Assembly: GCA_036397015.1 (NCBI GenBank)
Contig: DASWJT010000119.1
Span: forward strand, 12,248 to 76,247
Length of the DNA: 64,000 nt
Origin: Thermoanaerobaculia bacterium
GTDB taxonomy: Bacteria; Acidobacteriota; Thermoanaerobaculia; Multivoradales; JAGPDF01
Reading direction: 5' to 3'
A model generated the notes under the pieces. That model ran no database searches, was not told the origin of the DNA, and was given only the letters and a program-made list of their open reading frames with translations. Made by a program: the position numbers and the translations under genes. Of the stretch, positions 1 to 8,977 are shown one piece after another (position 1 is the stretch's first letter; every line of letters begins with the position of its first letter).

Positions 1-93
1 GGCCAGCAAAGCGAAGCCGGCGATCAGGCCCCAGCCGGCGCGGCGCGCTGGCGCCCGTCGCGTACGTCGAGAAGTTTCGAAGGTCCGCTGCAT
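1..93 (-). CDS. 5' end of a hypothetical membrane protein; gene continues beyond window start
   Basis: ATG near 93 on the minus strand opens MQRTFETSRRTRRAPARRAGWGLIAGFALLA, a basic N-terminus followed by a hydrophobic segment. Only ~31 codons are visible, so function cannot be assigned. Confidence 0.2.
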   Translation of the reverse strand, partial: MQRTFETSRRTRRAPARRAGWGLIAGFALLA

Positions 94-419
94 GATGTCG
101 GTCTCCTGGGTCGAAGGTAGGTTGAGGGCAACGACTCGGCGCTTGAGCGAACGCTCATCCGCAAAGCGGGTGCCAGGCGCGTCGCGGCTCCATGTCGTTT
201 CTGAAACCCTTACGAACACGTGACTTGCCCATGTATCCGGGAGCGTCGACGGCGGTCTTCGCCGTCTCTCCCGGCGGCAGCGGCCATACGCGCTATGTGC
301 GCTGCCATAGCCGCTACGGCCGGAGGCGACGGTCCGCGCGAAGGAGACGAGCGAGCGCGTTCGGCGCGACGAGAGGACGCGTTGCGCTCGCCGCCGGCTG
401 TAATATCCTCGCCGTCGCC

Positions 420-977
420 ATGCGATCTCCGTCGCGCTTCGACCCGCCAGCTCTCCCTTGTCGGCGCGCGTTCGCCCTCGGTCTCGCCTGCGGCGCGCTG
501 CTCTCGCTCGCGGGCGCCGCCGCCGCGCACGGCGAGCAGGCTCAGCCGGCGGCGGCCGCCTCGCCGCTCGTCCTCGAGGCGCTCGAGGTCGACCCGGCGC
601 AGCCGGGGACCGACACTCTCTGTCGCTTGCGCGTGCGCCTGCGCAACGGCGGCGACCGCGACGCCTCGGCGCTCGGCTTCGACGTGCGCATCAACGGCAC
701 CGAGCTCGCCGTCTACCGCAACCAGCTCTTCATGCAGCAGATCCCCGCCGGCGCGACGGAGACCGTCGCGCTCTACAACTTCTGGACGACCGAGACGCTG
801 CGACCGGCGCCGGCCGACGGCAAGCTGCGCCTCGAGGTCGCGCTGCGCGAGGCGCAGTGGTTCGCGATCGGCGACGAGGAGGGGGTCGAAGTGTGGCGCC
901 CGCTCGAGCCCGTGGCCGGACTGCCGGTGCGCGTCGAGCGCACGCTCGAGCTCGCGCGCGCCGCCGAGCCGCGCTGA
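420..977 (+). CDS. hypothetical secreted protein (signal peptide, beta-rich domain)
   Basis: Internal ATG of track ORF 192..977. The N-terminus MRSPSRFDPPALPCRRAFALGLACGALLSLAGAAAAHGE looks like a signal peptide. The remainder has non-shadow composition (W, F, Y, N and Q present). The 192..419 extension is Arg-rich junk. The gene sits 28 bp upstream of the next gene. Confidence 0.5.
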   Translation: MRSPSRFDPPALPCRRAFALGLACGALLSLAGAAAAHGEQAQPAAAASPLVLEALEVDPAQPGTDTLCRLRVRLRNGGDRDASALGFDVRINGTELAVYRNQLFMQQIPAGATETVALYNFWTTETLRPAPADGKLRLEVALREAQWFAIGDEEGVEVWRPLEPVAGLPVRVERTLELARAAEPR

Positions 978-1005
978 GGCGCGGTCCGCGGAGCCTCCCC
1001 GCGCC

Positions 1006-4000
1006 GTGCGGCGACTCCCGCTCTCCACCCTCCTCGCCTGCCTCTGCGCGAGCGTCCTCGCCGCGGCGGCGCTCGCGGCGCCCAATCCGATCGAGCTGCG
1101 CGACCGCGGCCTGGCGCTGCTCGAGAACGAGCAGCCCGGCGAGGCGGAGACCGTCTTCCGCGAGCTCGTCCGCCTGGTGCCGGGCGATCCGCTGGCGCCG
1201 GCCAATCTCGCCGTCGCCCTGCTGCGCCAGCAGAAGCTCGACGAAGCGCGTACGAGCGCCGAGAGCGCGCTGGCCGTGGCGCCGAACGATCCGGCAGTGC
1301 TCGCCGTCCACGCCGAGGTGCTGCGCTGGGCGGGCGACGCGCCCGCGGCGCTCGCCGCCGCCGCGCGCGCCGTGGCCGCGGCGCCCGACGTGCCGCGCCT
1401 GCACTTTCTGCTTCTCGATCTCGCCGCGATGGCACCCGGCCCGACGGGCGAGGAGGCCGCGGACGCCGCGCTCACGGCGCTCGCGCGGCTGCGGCCGGAC
1501 AACCTCTACGTCCTCCTGCGCGCCGGACGACGAGCGCTCGAGCGCGACGAGCGGGCCGCGGCCTCGCGCCGCTTCCTGCGCGTGCGCGAGCTCGTCGCGC
1601 AGGCTCCGCCGATCGCCGAGACGACGCTCGGCGCCGTGCTCGCCGCGCTCTCCGACGGCGAGCTCGAGCGGGCGCGCACCCAGGCCCTGCGGCTCGAGAA
1701 CGTGCTCAAGATCACGCCCGGCTATCGCCAGAGCCTCGCCGAGCTCACCATCGGCGTGCAGGGCACGCCGCTCGCGCGCTTCGCGAGCGAGCCGCCGCGC
1801 ACCGCCTTCGGCGCGCCGGTCGCGGTGCGCTTCGCGGGCCGCGCGCTCGACGCCCGGCCGACGCTCGGTCGCGCCCTGGTGGCCGCCGACTTCGACGGCG
1901 ACCAGCGGATCGACCTCGCCCGCCTGCGCGGCGACGGCGCCGGCTGTCTCGAGATCCGGCTCGCCGCGCGGCGGCTCGCGGCAGCGGACTGCCTGCCGGC
2001 GGCGAACGCCGTCGAGCTCGAGGGGCTCGACCTCGACAACGACGGCGCGCTCGACCTCCTCGCCTACGGGCCGACGGTCCTCCACCACTTCCGCGGCCGC
2101 GGCGACGGCGGCTTCCAGGCGGCCGGAGCCGAGAGCGGTCTCGCCGCGGGCGGAGCGGCCGCGCTCGCCGCGCTCGACGCCGACCTCGACGGCGACCTCG
2201 ACCTCGTCGTCGCCGGCGGGCGCGCCGGCTGGGAGCTCTACCGCAACGCGCTCGCCGGTCCCCTCGAGGCGGTCGGCGACCGCACGCTGCGCGGCGCTCC
2301 GGAGGGCGCCGTGCGCGACCTCCGGGCGAGCGATCTCGACCGCGACGGGGCGCTCGACCTCGTCGCCGTCACCGCCGGTGGCGTCGTCTGGCTGCGCAAC
2401 CGCTGGCAGGGCGAGCTCGCCGGCGAGGCGGCGCCGCTCGCCGCCGCGGCGGGCGCCGAGGCCGTCCTCGCCGCCGACCTCGGCCAGGACGGCATGCCCG
2501 AGCTGGTGCTCGCGGGCGAGCAGGGGATCGCGCTCCTGACTCGGCGCTCCGGGCGCTACGAAGCGGTCGCAAGGCCGCTGCCGGAGGCAGCCCGTCGCCC
2601 CTTCCGCGGCCTCATCGCGGCCGACTTCGACAACGACGGCCGGCTCGACCTGGCGGCGGCGGGCGCGGGCGGCATCGCCGCGCTCGCGCAGCGCGACGGC
2701 ACCTTCGCGAGCCTGGCGATCGCCGGCGCGCCGGCGGCGGCCGCTGCGCTCGCCGCCGCCGACCTCGACGGCGACGGCGATCTCGATCTCGTCGTCGGCG
2801 GCAGCGAAGGCCTCCACCTGCTCACCAACGAGGGCGGCCATCGCAACCGCCACCTGAGCGTCCGGCTGCGCGGCCTCGTGACCGGCTCGAGCAAGAACAA
2901 TCTCGACGGCCGTGGGGCGACGATCGAGCTCTTCGACGGCCACGCCTACCAGTTCCGCGAGGTCACCGGGCCGATCACCCACTTCGGGCTCGGGCAGCTC
3001 GACGCGGCCGAGGTCCTGCGCGTGGTGTGGACCAACGGCGTGCCGCAGAACCGCCTCGCGGTGGCCGGCAACCAGACGATCGTCGAGGAGCAGGTGCTCA
3101 AGGGGAGCTGCCCGTTCCTCTACGCCTGGACCGGCGAGCGCATCGAGTTCGTCACCGACCTGCTGTGGGGCGCTCCGCTCGGCCTGCCGGTCGCCCCCGG
3201 CCGCTGGGCCGACTCGCACCCCGAGGAGCTGGTGCGCGTCGAAGGCGCCGTGCCCCGCGACGGGCGCTACGAGCTGCGCGTCACCGAGGAGCTCTGGGAA
3301 GCGGCGCATTTCGACCTCGCGCGCCTGTGGCTGGTCGACGTGCCCGACGGCGTCGAGATCGCCTCCAACTTGCGCATCGTGCCGGGCGGCGCGAAGCTCG
3401 CGCCCGGCTGGCTCGCGAGCCGCGCCGTCCGCCCGCTCGCCGCCGCCTGGGACGGCGCCGGGCGCGAGGTGACCGCGCTCGTCGCCCGCCGCGACGAGCG
3501 CTACGCCGACGGTTTCCGGCCGAGCCGGTATCAGGGCCTCGCCGCCGAGCCGTGGCGCTTCACCTTCGATCTCGGCGAGGTTCCGACGGAGCCGGTCCGC
3601 CTTCACCTCGAGGGCTGGACCTTCCCGACCGACGCCAGCCTCAACCTGGCGATCGCCCAGCGCGACGATCTCGCGCCCGCGGCACCGCGGCTGGAGGTGG
3701 AGACCGCCGAGGGCTGGCGGCCGCTCGTCGCCGCGCTCGGCTTCCCGCCGGGCAAGACGAAGCGGATGATCGTCGATCTGCCGCCGCTACCGGCCGGTGC
3801 GCGCCGGCTGCGCATCGTCACCAACATGTGGATCTCGTGGGACCGCATCGCCTGGTCGACGGCGCCGGCCGACGGCGAGCCCCGTCTCGTCGCGCAGCTC
3901 GCGCCCGAGCGCGCCCGGCTCGCCTTCCGCGGCTTCTCGGAACTCGCGCGACGGGCGCCCAACGCGCCGCACCACTACGACTACTCGCGCCTGTCCCGCG

Positions 4001-4395
4001 AATCCCCCTGGCTGCCGCTGCCGGGGCGCTACACGCGCTACGGCGACGTGCGCGAGCTGCTGTTCGACGCCGACGACCGGCTGGTGCTGCTCGCCTCGGG
4101 CGACGAGCTCGAGCTCGCCTTCGACGCCTCGCACCTGCCGCCGCCGGCTCCCGGCTGGCGGCGCGAAGCCATGCTCGAGAGCCACGGCTGGGACAAGGAC
4201 GCCGACCGCAACACTTACGCCGGCACGACGCTCGAGCCGCTCCCCTTCCGCGCCATGAGCGGCTACCCGTTCGCCGCCGGCGAGAGCTATCCGGACACGC
4301 CGGCGTTGCGCGAGTACCGGGAGCGCTGGCTCACCCGCGAGATCGCTCCGGCGCCGCGCGGACGGCCGGCCGAAGCCGGAGGCGCCTCCCGCTAG
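1006..4395 (+). CDS. CRTAC1-family protein: signal peptide, TPR repeats, FG-GAP/VCBS repeats, ASPIC/UnbV domain and a ~450-aa C-terminal extension
   Basis: GTG at 1006 is in frame with the 220..4395 ORF and opens a signal peptide ([25 protein letters not shown]). TPR-like helices (LAVALLRQQKLDEARTSAESALAVAPNDP). Repeated FG-GAP motifs (ADFDGDQRIDL, LDLDNDGALDL, ADLDGDGDLDLVV). UnbV/ASPIC signature (GRGATIELFDGHAYQFREVTGPITHFGLGQLDAAEVLRVVWTNG). Confidence 0.75.
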   Translation: MRRLPLSTLLACLCASVLAAAALAAPNPIELRDRGLALLENEQPGEAETVFRELVRLVPGDPLAPANLAVALLRQQKLDEARTSAESALAVAPNDPAVLAVHAEVLRWAGDAPAALAAAARAVAAAPDVPRLHFLLLDLAAMAPGPTGEEAADAALTALARLRPDNLYVLLRAGRRALERDERAAASRRFLRVRELVAQAPPIAETTLGAVLAALSDGELERARTQALRLENVLKITPGYRQSLAELTIGVQGTPLARFASEPPRTAFGAPVAVRFAGRALDARPTLGRALVAADFDGDQRIDLARLRGDGAGCLEIRLAARRLAAADCLPAANAVELEGLDLDNDGALDLLAYGPTVLHHFRGRGDGGFQAAGAESGLAAGGAAALAALDADLDGDLDLVVAGGRAGWELYRNALAGPLEAVGDRTLRGAPEGAVRDLRASDLDRDGALDLVAVTAGGVVWLRNRWQGELAGEAAPLAAAAGAEAVLAADLGQDGMPELVLAGEQGIALLTRRSGRYEAVARPLPEAARRPFRGLIAADFDNDGRLDLAAAGAGGIAALAQRDGTFASLAIAGAPAAAAALAAADLDGDGDLDLVVGGSEGLHLLTNEGGHRNRHLSVRLRGLVTGSSKNNLDGRGATIELFDGHAYQFREVTGPITHFGLGQLDAAEVLRVVWTNGVPQNRLAVAGNQTIVEEQVLKGSCPFLYAWTGERIEFVTDLLWGAPLGLPVAPGRWADSHPEELVRVEGAVPRDGRYELRVTEELWEAAHFDLARLWLVDVPDGVEIASNLRIVPGGAKLAPGWLASRAVRPLAAAWDGAGREVTALVARRDERYADGFRPSRYQGLAAEPWRFTFDLGEVPTEPVRLHLEGWTFPTDASLNLAIAQRDDLAPAAPRLEVETAEGWRPLVAALGFPPGKTKRMIVDLPPLPAGARRLRIVTNMWISWDRIAWSTAPADGEPRLVAQLAPERARLAFRGFSELARRAPNAPHHYDYSRLSRESPWLPLPGRYTRYGDVRELLFDADDRLVLLASGDELELAFDASHLPPPAPGWRREAMLESHGWDKDADRNTYAGTTLEPLPFRAMSGYPFAAGESYPDTPALREYRERWLTREIAPAPRGRPAEAGGASR

Positions 4396-4398
4396 GCG

Positions 4399-6114
4399 CT
4401 ACGCGCCGGCACCCTCCGGCGTTTCCGCGGCACTCGGCGCCGCCGGCCGCGGGGCGTGGACCCGCACACGGCAATCCGCCGGCACGTCGCGCAGCTCGCT
4501 CCGCCGGCCGTCGGGCCAGCGCACGAGGAGCCGCTCCGCTCGCCCGGCGCCGCCGAGGCCGAAATGCAGCGTCGACTCGCCCTGCGACAGGTACGACGAG
4601 CCGGCGCGCGCCTCGCGCACCTGCCGGCGGCCCCCCGCTGCGAGCTCGACCCGCGACCCGATCGCGCCGCGATTCGGCGGCGGTGCGGCGAGATCGACGC
4701 GCAGGTAGCCGCCGCGTCCGGCGGACCGGTTCTCGTAGACCTCGACCTCGTCGTTCGAGTTGGTGATCGCGAGATCGAGGGTGCCGTCGCCAGAGAGGTC
4801 GCCCACCGCGAGGCCGCGGCTCGCGCGCACCGCGTCGAGACCGGCCGCCGCGACGACGGCGAAGCGCCCGTTGCCGAGGTTGCGCAGCACCTGATTCGGC
4901 TGCTTATAGGTCGTGCCGGTGCGCATCCCCTCGACGTTGTGGATGATGTGCCCGTTGGCGACGACGAGGTCGAGCCAGCCGTCGTCGTCGAGGTCGGCGA
5001 AAGCGACGCCGAACCCGACCATGGCGACCGAGGGATCCGCGATGCCGGCGAGGAAGCGGCAGTCGAAGAAGATCCCGAAGGCGCGGTTGCAATAGAGCGC
5101 GTTCGTCTGCCGGTCGAGGTGCGTGACCACGAGGTCGAAGCGGCCGTCGCCGTCGATGTCTCCCGCGTCGACACCCATCCCTGCCTCGGGCAGGCCGCTC
5201 GGGCCGAGCGCGTCGCCGGCGACGAGCGCGATCTCCTCGAACTCGCCGCCGCCGCGATTGCGGAAGTGGAAGTTCGGCGTCATGTCGTTGGCGACGTAGA
5301 GATCGACCCGGCCGTCGTCGTCGAGGTCGGAGGCGACGACGCCGAGGCCCTTGCCGCGCGCCGCGCCGAAGCCCCAGCGCGCGGTGGCGTCGGCGAAGCG
5401 GCCGCCGCCCGAGTTGCGGAAGACGTGGTCGGGAAGACCTTCGTACTGATCGGGATGGCAGTAGGAGCGCAGGCCGAGGTCGGCGCGCCCGCAGATCGGG
5501 TTGCGGTCGAAGGCGAAGTCGACGTAGTTCGTCACGTAGAGATCGAGCCAGCCGTCGCCGTCGAGGTCGGCGAACGCTGCCGACGCGCTCCACAGCGGAT
5601 CGTCGACGCCGCTCGTCGCCGAGACGTCCTCGAAGGTGCCGTCGCCGCGGTTGCGGAAGAGCTGATTCGGACCGAAGGCCGTGACGTAGAGATCGACGAA
5701 CCCGTCGGCGTCGACGTCCGCCGCCGCGGCTCCCATGCCGTAGCCCGAGACGGCGATGCCGGCGCGCGCGGTGACGTCGACGAACCGCCCGGCGCCCTCG
5801 TTGCGGTAGAGGCGCGAACCGGTCACTGGCCCCGAATATCCGGGCAGCGCGCCCGAATCGACGAGAAAGAGATCGTTGTCGCCGTCGCCGTCGTAGTCGA
5901 GCATGCCGACGCCCGCGCCCATCGTCTCGGGCATGTAGAACTCGCCCGAGCCGCCGTGCGTGTGCCGGAAGGCGAGGCCCCAGGCCGCCGCGACGTCGAC
6001 GAAGCGAATCGCCGCCGGCTCGGCGGCGACGGTCGCTGCCGCGGCGAGGAGCCCGGCGGCCGCCGAGCAGCGCCTCGCCACCGGTCGTCGCCGGCGGCCG
6101 CCGCCGGCGCTCAT
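4399..6114 (-). CDS. CRTAC1-family protein (FG-GAP/VCBS repeats + ASPIC/UnbV C-terminal domain), secreted
   Basis: ATG at 6114 (MSAGGGRRRRPVARRCSAAAGLLAAAATVAAEPAAIRFVDV) overlaps the stop of the upstream gene in an ATGA. Motifs: FG-GAP repeats and HGGSGEFYMPETMGAGVGMLDYDGDGDNDLFL. C-terminal ASPIC/UnbV region (YLRVDLAAPPPNRGAIGSRVELAAGGRRQVREARAGSSYLSQGESTLHFGLG). Stop TAG at 4399-4401 is convergent with the gene ending at 4395. Confidence 0.8.
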   Translation of the reverse strand: MSAGGGRRRRPVARRCSAAAGLLAAAATVAAEPAAIRFVDVAAAWGLAFRHTHGGSGEFYMPETMGAGVGMLDYDGDGDNDLFLVDSGALPGYSGPVTGSRLYRNEGAGRFVDVTARAGIAVSGYGMGAAAADVDADGFVDLYVTAFGPNQLFRNRGDGTFEDVSATSGVDDPLWSASAAFADLDGDGWLDLYVTNYVDFAFDRNPICGRADLGLRSYCHPDQYEGLPDHVFRNSGGGRFADATARWGFGAARGKGLGVVASDLDDDGRVDLYVANDMTPNFHFRNRGGGEFEEIALVAGDALGPSGLPEAGMGVDAGDIDGDGRFDLVVTHLDRQTNALYCNRAFGIFFDCRFLAGIADPSVAMVGFGVAFADLDDDGWLDLVVANGHIIHNVEGMRTGTTYKQPNQVLRNLGNGRFAVVAAAGLDAVRASRGLAVGDLSGDGTLDLAITNSNDEVEVYENRSAGRGGYLRVDLAAPPPNRGAIGSRVELAAGGRRQVREARAGSSYLSQGESTLHFGLGGAGRAERLLVRWPDGRRSELRDVPADCRVRVHAPRPAAPSAAETPEGAGA

Positions 6115-7766
6115 CGGCCGGACGGTTCCACTAGCGTCAGATATCGCCCGGCCGGCGGCGCGACGAATCGCTGCCGCCGACCCGATGGCCACAGCAGGTC
6201 GAGTGCCGCGGGCTCGGACGCCGGCAGCGCGAAGAGCAGCCGCCGCTCGCTCGACGACTGGTACGAGTCGCCGGCGACGACCCATCGCGTCTGGCGCCGC
6301 GACGGCGTGACGAGCTCGGCGCGAGCGCCGATCGCCTCGCGGTTGCCGCCGCGCCCGAGCAGGCGGGCGCCGATCCAGGCCCCCTCGGCGCCTTCGACGC
6401 GCACGAGCTGCAGCGGTCCGCCGTTGTTCGAGATCGCCAGATCGAGCGCGCCGTCGTTGTCGTAATCGCCGCCTGCCAGCCCGCGGCCGACGTGGGGCGT
6501 GGCGAACACCGGTCCGCACTCGACTCTGCGGAACCGGCCGTCCGGCGAGCCGAGCTGCAGCAGGTCGACCTGCGCATGGCTGACGCTGTCGCGCTGGGGC
6601 CGCGCGAAGATGTGGCCGTTGGCGACGTAGACGTCGAGCCAGCCGTCGCGATCGAAGTCGGCGGCGACGACGCCGAAGCCGAGGCGGTTGAACGACGGCG
6701 GGCCGAAACCCGACTCGGCGGAGACGTCGTCGAAGAGCAGGCCGCCGCGATTGCGGTAGAGCGTGTTGGTCTCGACGTCGAAGTTGGTCACCACGAGGTG
6801 CGGCCGGCCGTCGCCGAAGAAGTCGGCGGCGACGACGCCCATGCCGGCCTGGGCGTTGCCTTGACCGTCGACCGCGGCGCCGGAGGCGAGCGAGACGTCC
6901 TCGAACCGGCCGTCGCCGAGATTGTGGAAGACGAAGTTGGCGTTGAGGTCGTTGGCCACGTAGAGGTCGGGCCGCGCGTCGGCGTCGAGATCGACGAAGG
7001 CGACTCCGAGCCCGCGCGCGCGATCGCTCCCGAGCCCGGCCGCCGCCGTCGCGTCGGCGAATCCGGCGCCTCCCAGGTTGCGCAGCAGCACGTCGGGCGC
7101 ACCGTCGAAGAGCACGGGATGGCAGTAGCCGCGTTCGCCCGCATCCGGATCGCCGCAGTAGAGCGGTGCCTTCGGGTCGTAGTCGACGTAGCGCGCCACG
7201 TAGAGATCGAGCCAGCCGTCGCCGTCGGAGTCCGCGGCGGCCGCCGACGCGCTCCAGCCGTCGACCGCGAGGCCGAGCGCCTCGGTGACGTCGGCGAACC
7301 GGCCGTCGCCGAGGTTGCGCAGCAGCCGGTCGTGCCCGAAGTTCGCGAGATAGAGATCGGACATGCCGTCGCCGTCGTAGTCGACGGCGAGCACGCCCTG
7401 GCCGTAGCCGCGATCCCCGTTGCCGCTCGGCGCGGTCGCCTCCTCGAAAGTGCCGTCGCCGCGGTTGCGGAAGAGGCGATTGGCGGCTCGCGGGGCGGCG
7501 CTCGGTGGGAACGGCCCCGACTGCACGAAATAGAGGTCGAGCCAGCCGTCGGCGTCGTAGTCGAGCCAGGCGACGCCGGCACCCATCGTCTCCGGCAGGT
7601 GGAATTCGCCCGTCGCGCCGGTCTCGTGGCGGGCGGCGACGCCCGAGCGCTGCGCCACGTCGACCAGGCGCAGGCCGCCGCAATCGGCGGCGCTCTCCGC
7701 GGCAGCCGGGGCCGTCGAGAGCAGCGCGCCCGCGAGGAGAGCCCGCGCCGGAGGAATCACTGTCAC
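6111..7766 (-). CDS. CRTAC1-family protein (FG-GAP/VCBS + ASPIC/UnbV), secreted
   Basis: GTG start at 7766 overlaps the TGA of the upstream TPR gene (GTGA). Signal peptide MTVIPPARALLAGALLSTAPAAAESAADCGG. Motifs: HETGATGEFHLPETMGAGVAWLDYDADGWLDLYF. UnbV C-terminus (AWIGARLLGRGGNREAIGARAELVTPSRRQTRWVVAGDSYQSSSE). Confidence 0.8.
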   Translation of the reverse strand: MTVIPPARALLAGALLSTAPAAAESAADCGGLRLVDVAQRSGVAARHETGATGEFHLPETMGAGVAWLDYDADGWLDLYFVQSGPFPPSAAPRAANRLFRNRGDGTFEEATAPSGNGDRGYGQGVLAVDYDGDGMSDLYLANFGHDRLLRNLGDGRFADVTEALGLAVDGWSASAAAADSDGDGWLDLYVARYVDYDPKAPLYCGDPDAGERGYCHPVLFDGAPDVLLRNLGGAGFADATAAAGLGSDRARGLGVAFVDLDADARPDLYVANDLNANFVFHNLGDGRFEDVSLASGAAVDGQGNAQAGMGVVAADFFGDGRPHLVVTNFDVETNTLYRNRGGLLFDDVSAESGFGPPSFNRLGFGVVAADFDRDGWLDVYVANGHIFARPQRDSVSHAQVDLLQLGSPDGRFRRVECGPVFATPHVGRGLAGGDYDNDGALDLAISNNGGPLQLVRVEGAEGAWIGARLLGRGGNREAIGARAELVTPSRRQTRWVVAGDSYQSSSERRLLFALPASEPAALDLLWPSGRRQRFVAPPAGRYLTLVEPSGR

Positions 7767-8941
7767 CGCTCCTCCTCGACGGCAGCGCGCTGCCGGGCTT
7801 CCGCCAATCGCAGCTGGAGATCGTGGCGTTGGGGATCCCGCTCGACGGCGCGCTCGAGCGCCGCGACGGCGCCGGCCGCATCGCCGAGCCGGGCGCGAGC
7901 CTCGGCCAGGCCGACCAGCGACTCGGTGGAGAGGGCGAGGCCGGCGAAGTGCGCCGCGGCCTCGGCGTCACGCCCGGCGGCGAGCAGATTCCATCCGAAG
8001 TCGAGACCGGCGCGCTCGCGTCCCGCCTTCGCCTGGGCCTCCGCCTGCGTCGCCTGCAGGCGGGCGAAGCGCTCGAGCTCGGTGCGAGCCGATCGCTCGT
8101 CGCCGAGGCGGCGCAGCACGCGCCCCATGCCGTAGCGCGGCGCGGGCGACTCGGGCGCGAGAATCGCTGCCCGGCGATAGACGGAGAGCGCCTCGCCGAG
8201 GTCGCCGGAGCGTTCGAGCGCCAGGGCGTAGTCGACCTGCACGTCGACCGCACGCGGCGCCCGGCCCGCCGCCTCCCGCAGCAACGGCACGGCGTGCTCG
8301 GCGCGCCCCGCCCAAAGCTCCAGCCGGCCGAGCTGGTGCCGCGCGACCGGGTCGCCCGGCGCGAGCGTCACCGCCCTCTCCAGGCTGGCGCGCGCCGGCT
8401 CGATGCGACCGCTCTCCCAGAGCGCGAGACCGAGGTAGAGGTGCGGCGCCGCCGCGGTCGAGATCTCGGCGGCGCGAGCGAGCGGGGCGAGCGCGGCATC
8501 GAAGCGCTGCGCGAGCATCAGCGCGCGACCGAGGGCGAGCTGGGCGGCGGCCGACTCGGGGGCGAGGGCCGCCGCCTCTCCGGCGTAGCCGACGGCACGC
8601 TCTCCGGTCGAGCCGGCGGCGAGCTCGAGCAGGGCGGCGAGCGCCTCGCCGCGGCGGCCGAGCGCGGCGAGCGCCCGCGCCAGGCCGTGGCGCGCCTCGG
8701 CGAGGCGCGGCGCGGCGACGACGAGCTGCCGGAACTGCGCTTCGGCGGCGACGGCCCGGCCGGCAGCGAGCAGCTCCTCGGCCGCGCGCAGGCGCTCGCC
8801 GAGCTCGCTCTCCGCGCCGGGTGCCCGCGCCCCCGCAGCGAGAGTCGCGGCGGAGAGCTTCGCTCCGGGGCCCGCGGCGACGAGGAGCGCGAGCAGCGTG
8901 CCGCGTTGCGTGACGCGCCGGAGAGCGTTCAAGGCGGGCAT
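7763..8941 (-). CDS. TPR repeat protein with signal peptide
   Basis: ATG at 8941 (MPALNALRRVTQRGTLLALLVAAGPGAKLSAATLAAG). Repeated TPR-like helices (ALAPLARAAEISTAAAPHLYLGLALWESGRIEPARASLERAVTLAPGDPVARHQLGRL...). Only the C-terminal 392 aa of the long 7763..11191 ORF is credible. Confidence 0.7.
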   Translation of the reverse strand: MPALNALRRVTQRGTLLALLVAAGPGAKLSAATLAAGARAPGAESELGERLRAAEELLAAGRAVAAEAQFRQLVVAAPRLAEARHGLARALAALGRRGEALAALLELAAGSTGERAVGYAGEAAALAPESAAAQLALGRALMLAQRFDAALAPLARAAEISTAAAPHLYLGLALWESGRIEPARASLERAVTLAPGDPVARHQLGRLELWAGRAEHAVPLLREAAGRAPRAVDVQVDYALALERSGDLGEALSVYRRAAILAPESPAPRYGMGRVLRRLGDERSARTELERFARLQATQAEAQAKAGRERAGLDFGWNLLAAGRDAEAAAHFAGLALSTESLVGLAEARARLGDAAGAVAALERAVERDPQRHDLQLRLAEARQRAAVEEER

Positions 8942-8977
8942 TCTAGTCCGCGGCTCTGACGTTAGGATCCGCACGCA

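Noticed and set aside
220-1005. N-terminal 262 codons of the 1391-aa track ORF 220..4395, and ORF 192..419 upstream of the small secreted protein
   Set aside because: The translation is Arg/Ser/Pro-rich low-complexity (RERRRRSSPSLPAAAAIRAM...), typical of out-of-frame reading of GC-rich coding DNA. Credible starts with signal peptides occur at 420 and 1006.
730-3606. 958-aa minus-strand ORF, and other long ORFs (458..2539, 773..1435-, 210..1502-, 2912..3472, 3027..4766) overlapping the first CRTAC1-family gene
   Set aside because: These are shadow ORFs. Arg/Ala/Gly/Pro dominate. There are no aromatic or Asn/Lys/Ile-containing motifs and no domain signatures. They overlap a gene with strong domain evidence on the other strand or frame.
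4456-8959. Plus-strand ORFs 4456..6465, 6492..8135 and 7505..8959 antisense to the minus-strand CRTAC1/TPR genes. Also minus ORFs 4904..5593, 6137..6577, 6788..7582 and 7968..8315
   Set aside because: Shadow ORFs (VVVEVG / RRRR-type repeats produced by the reverse complement of GDGxxD repeats). The real genes are on the opposite strand.
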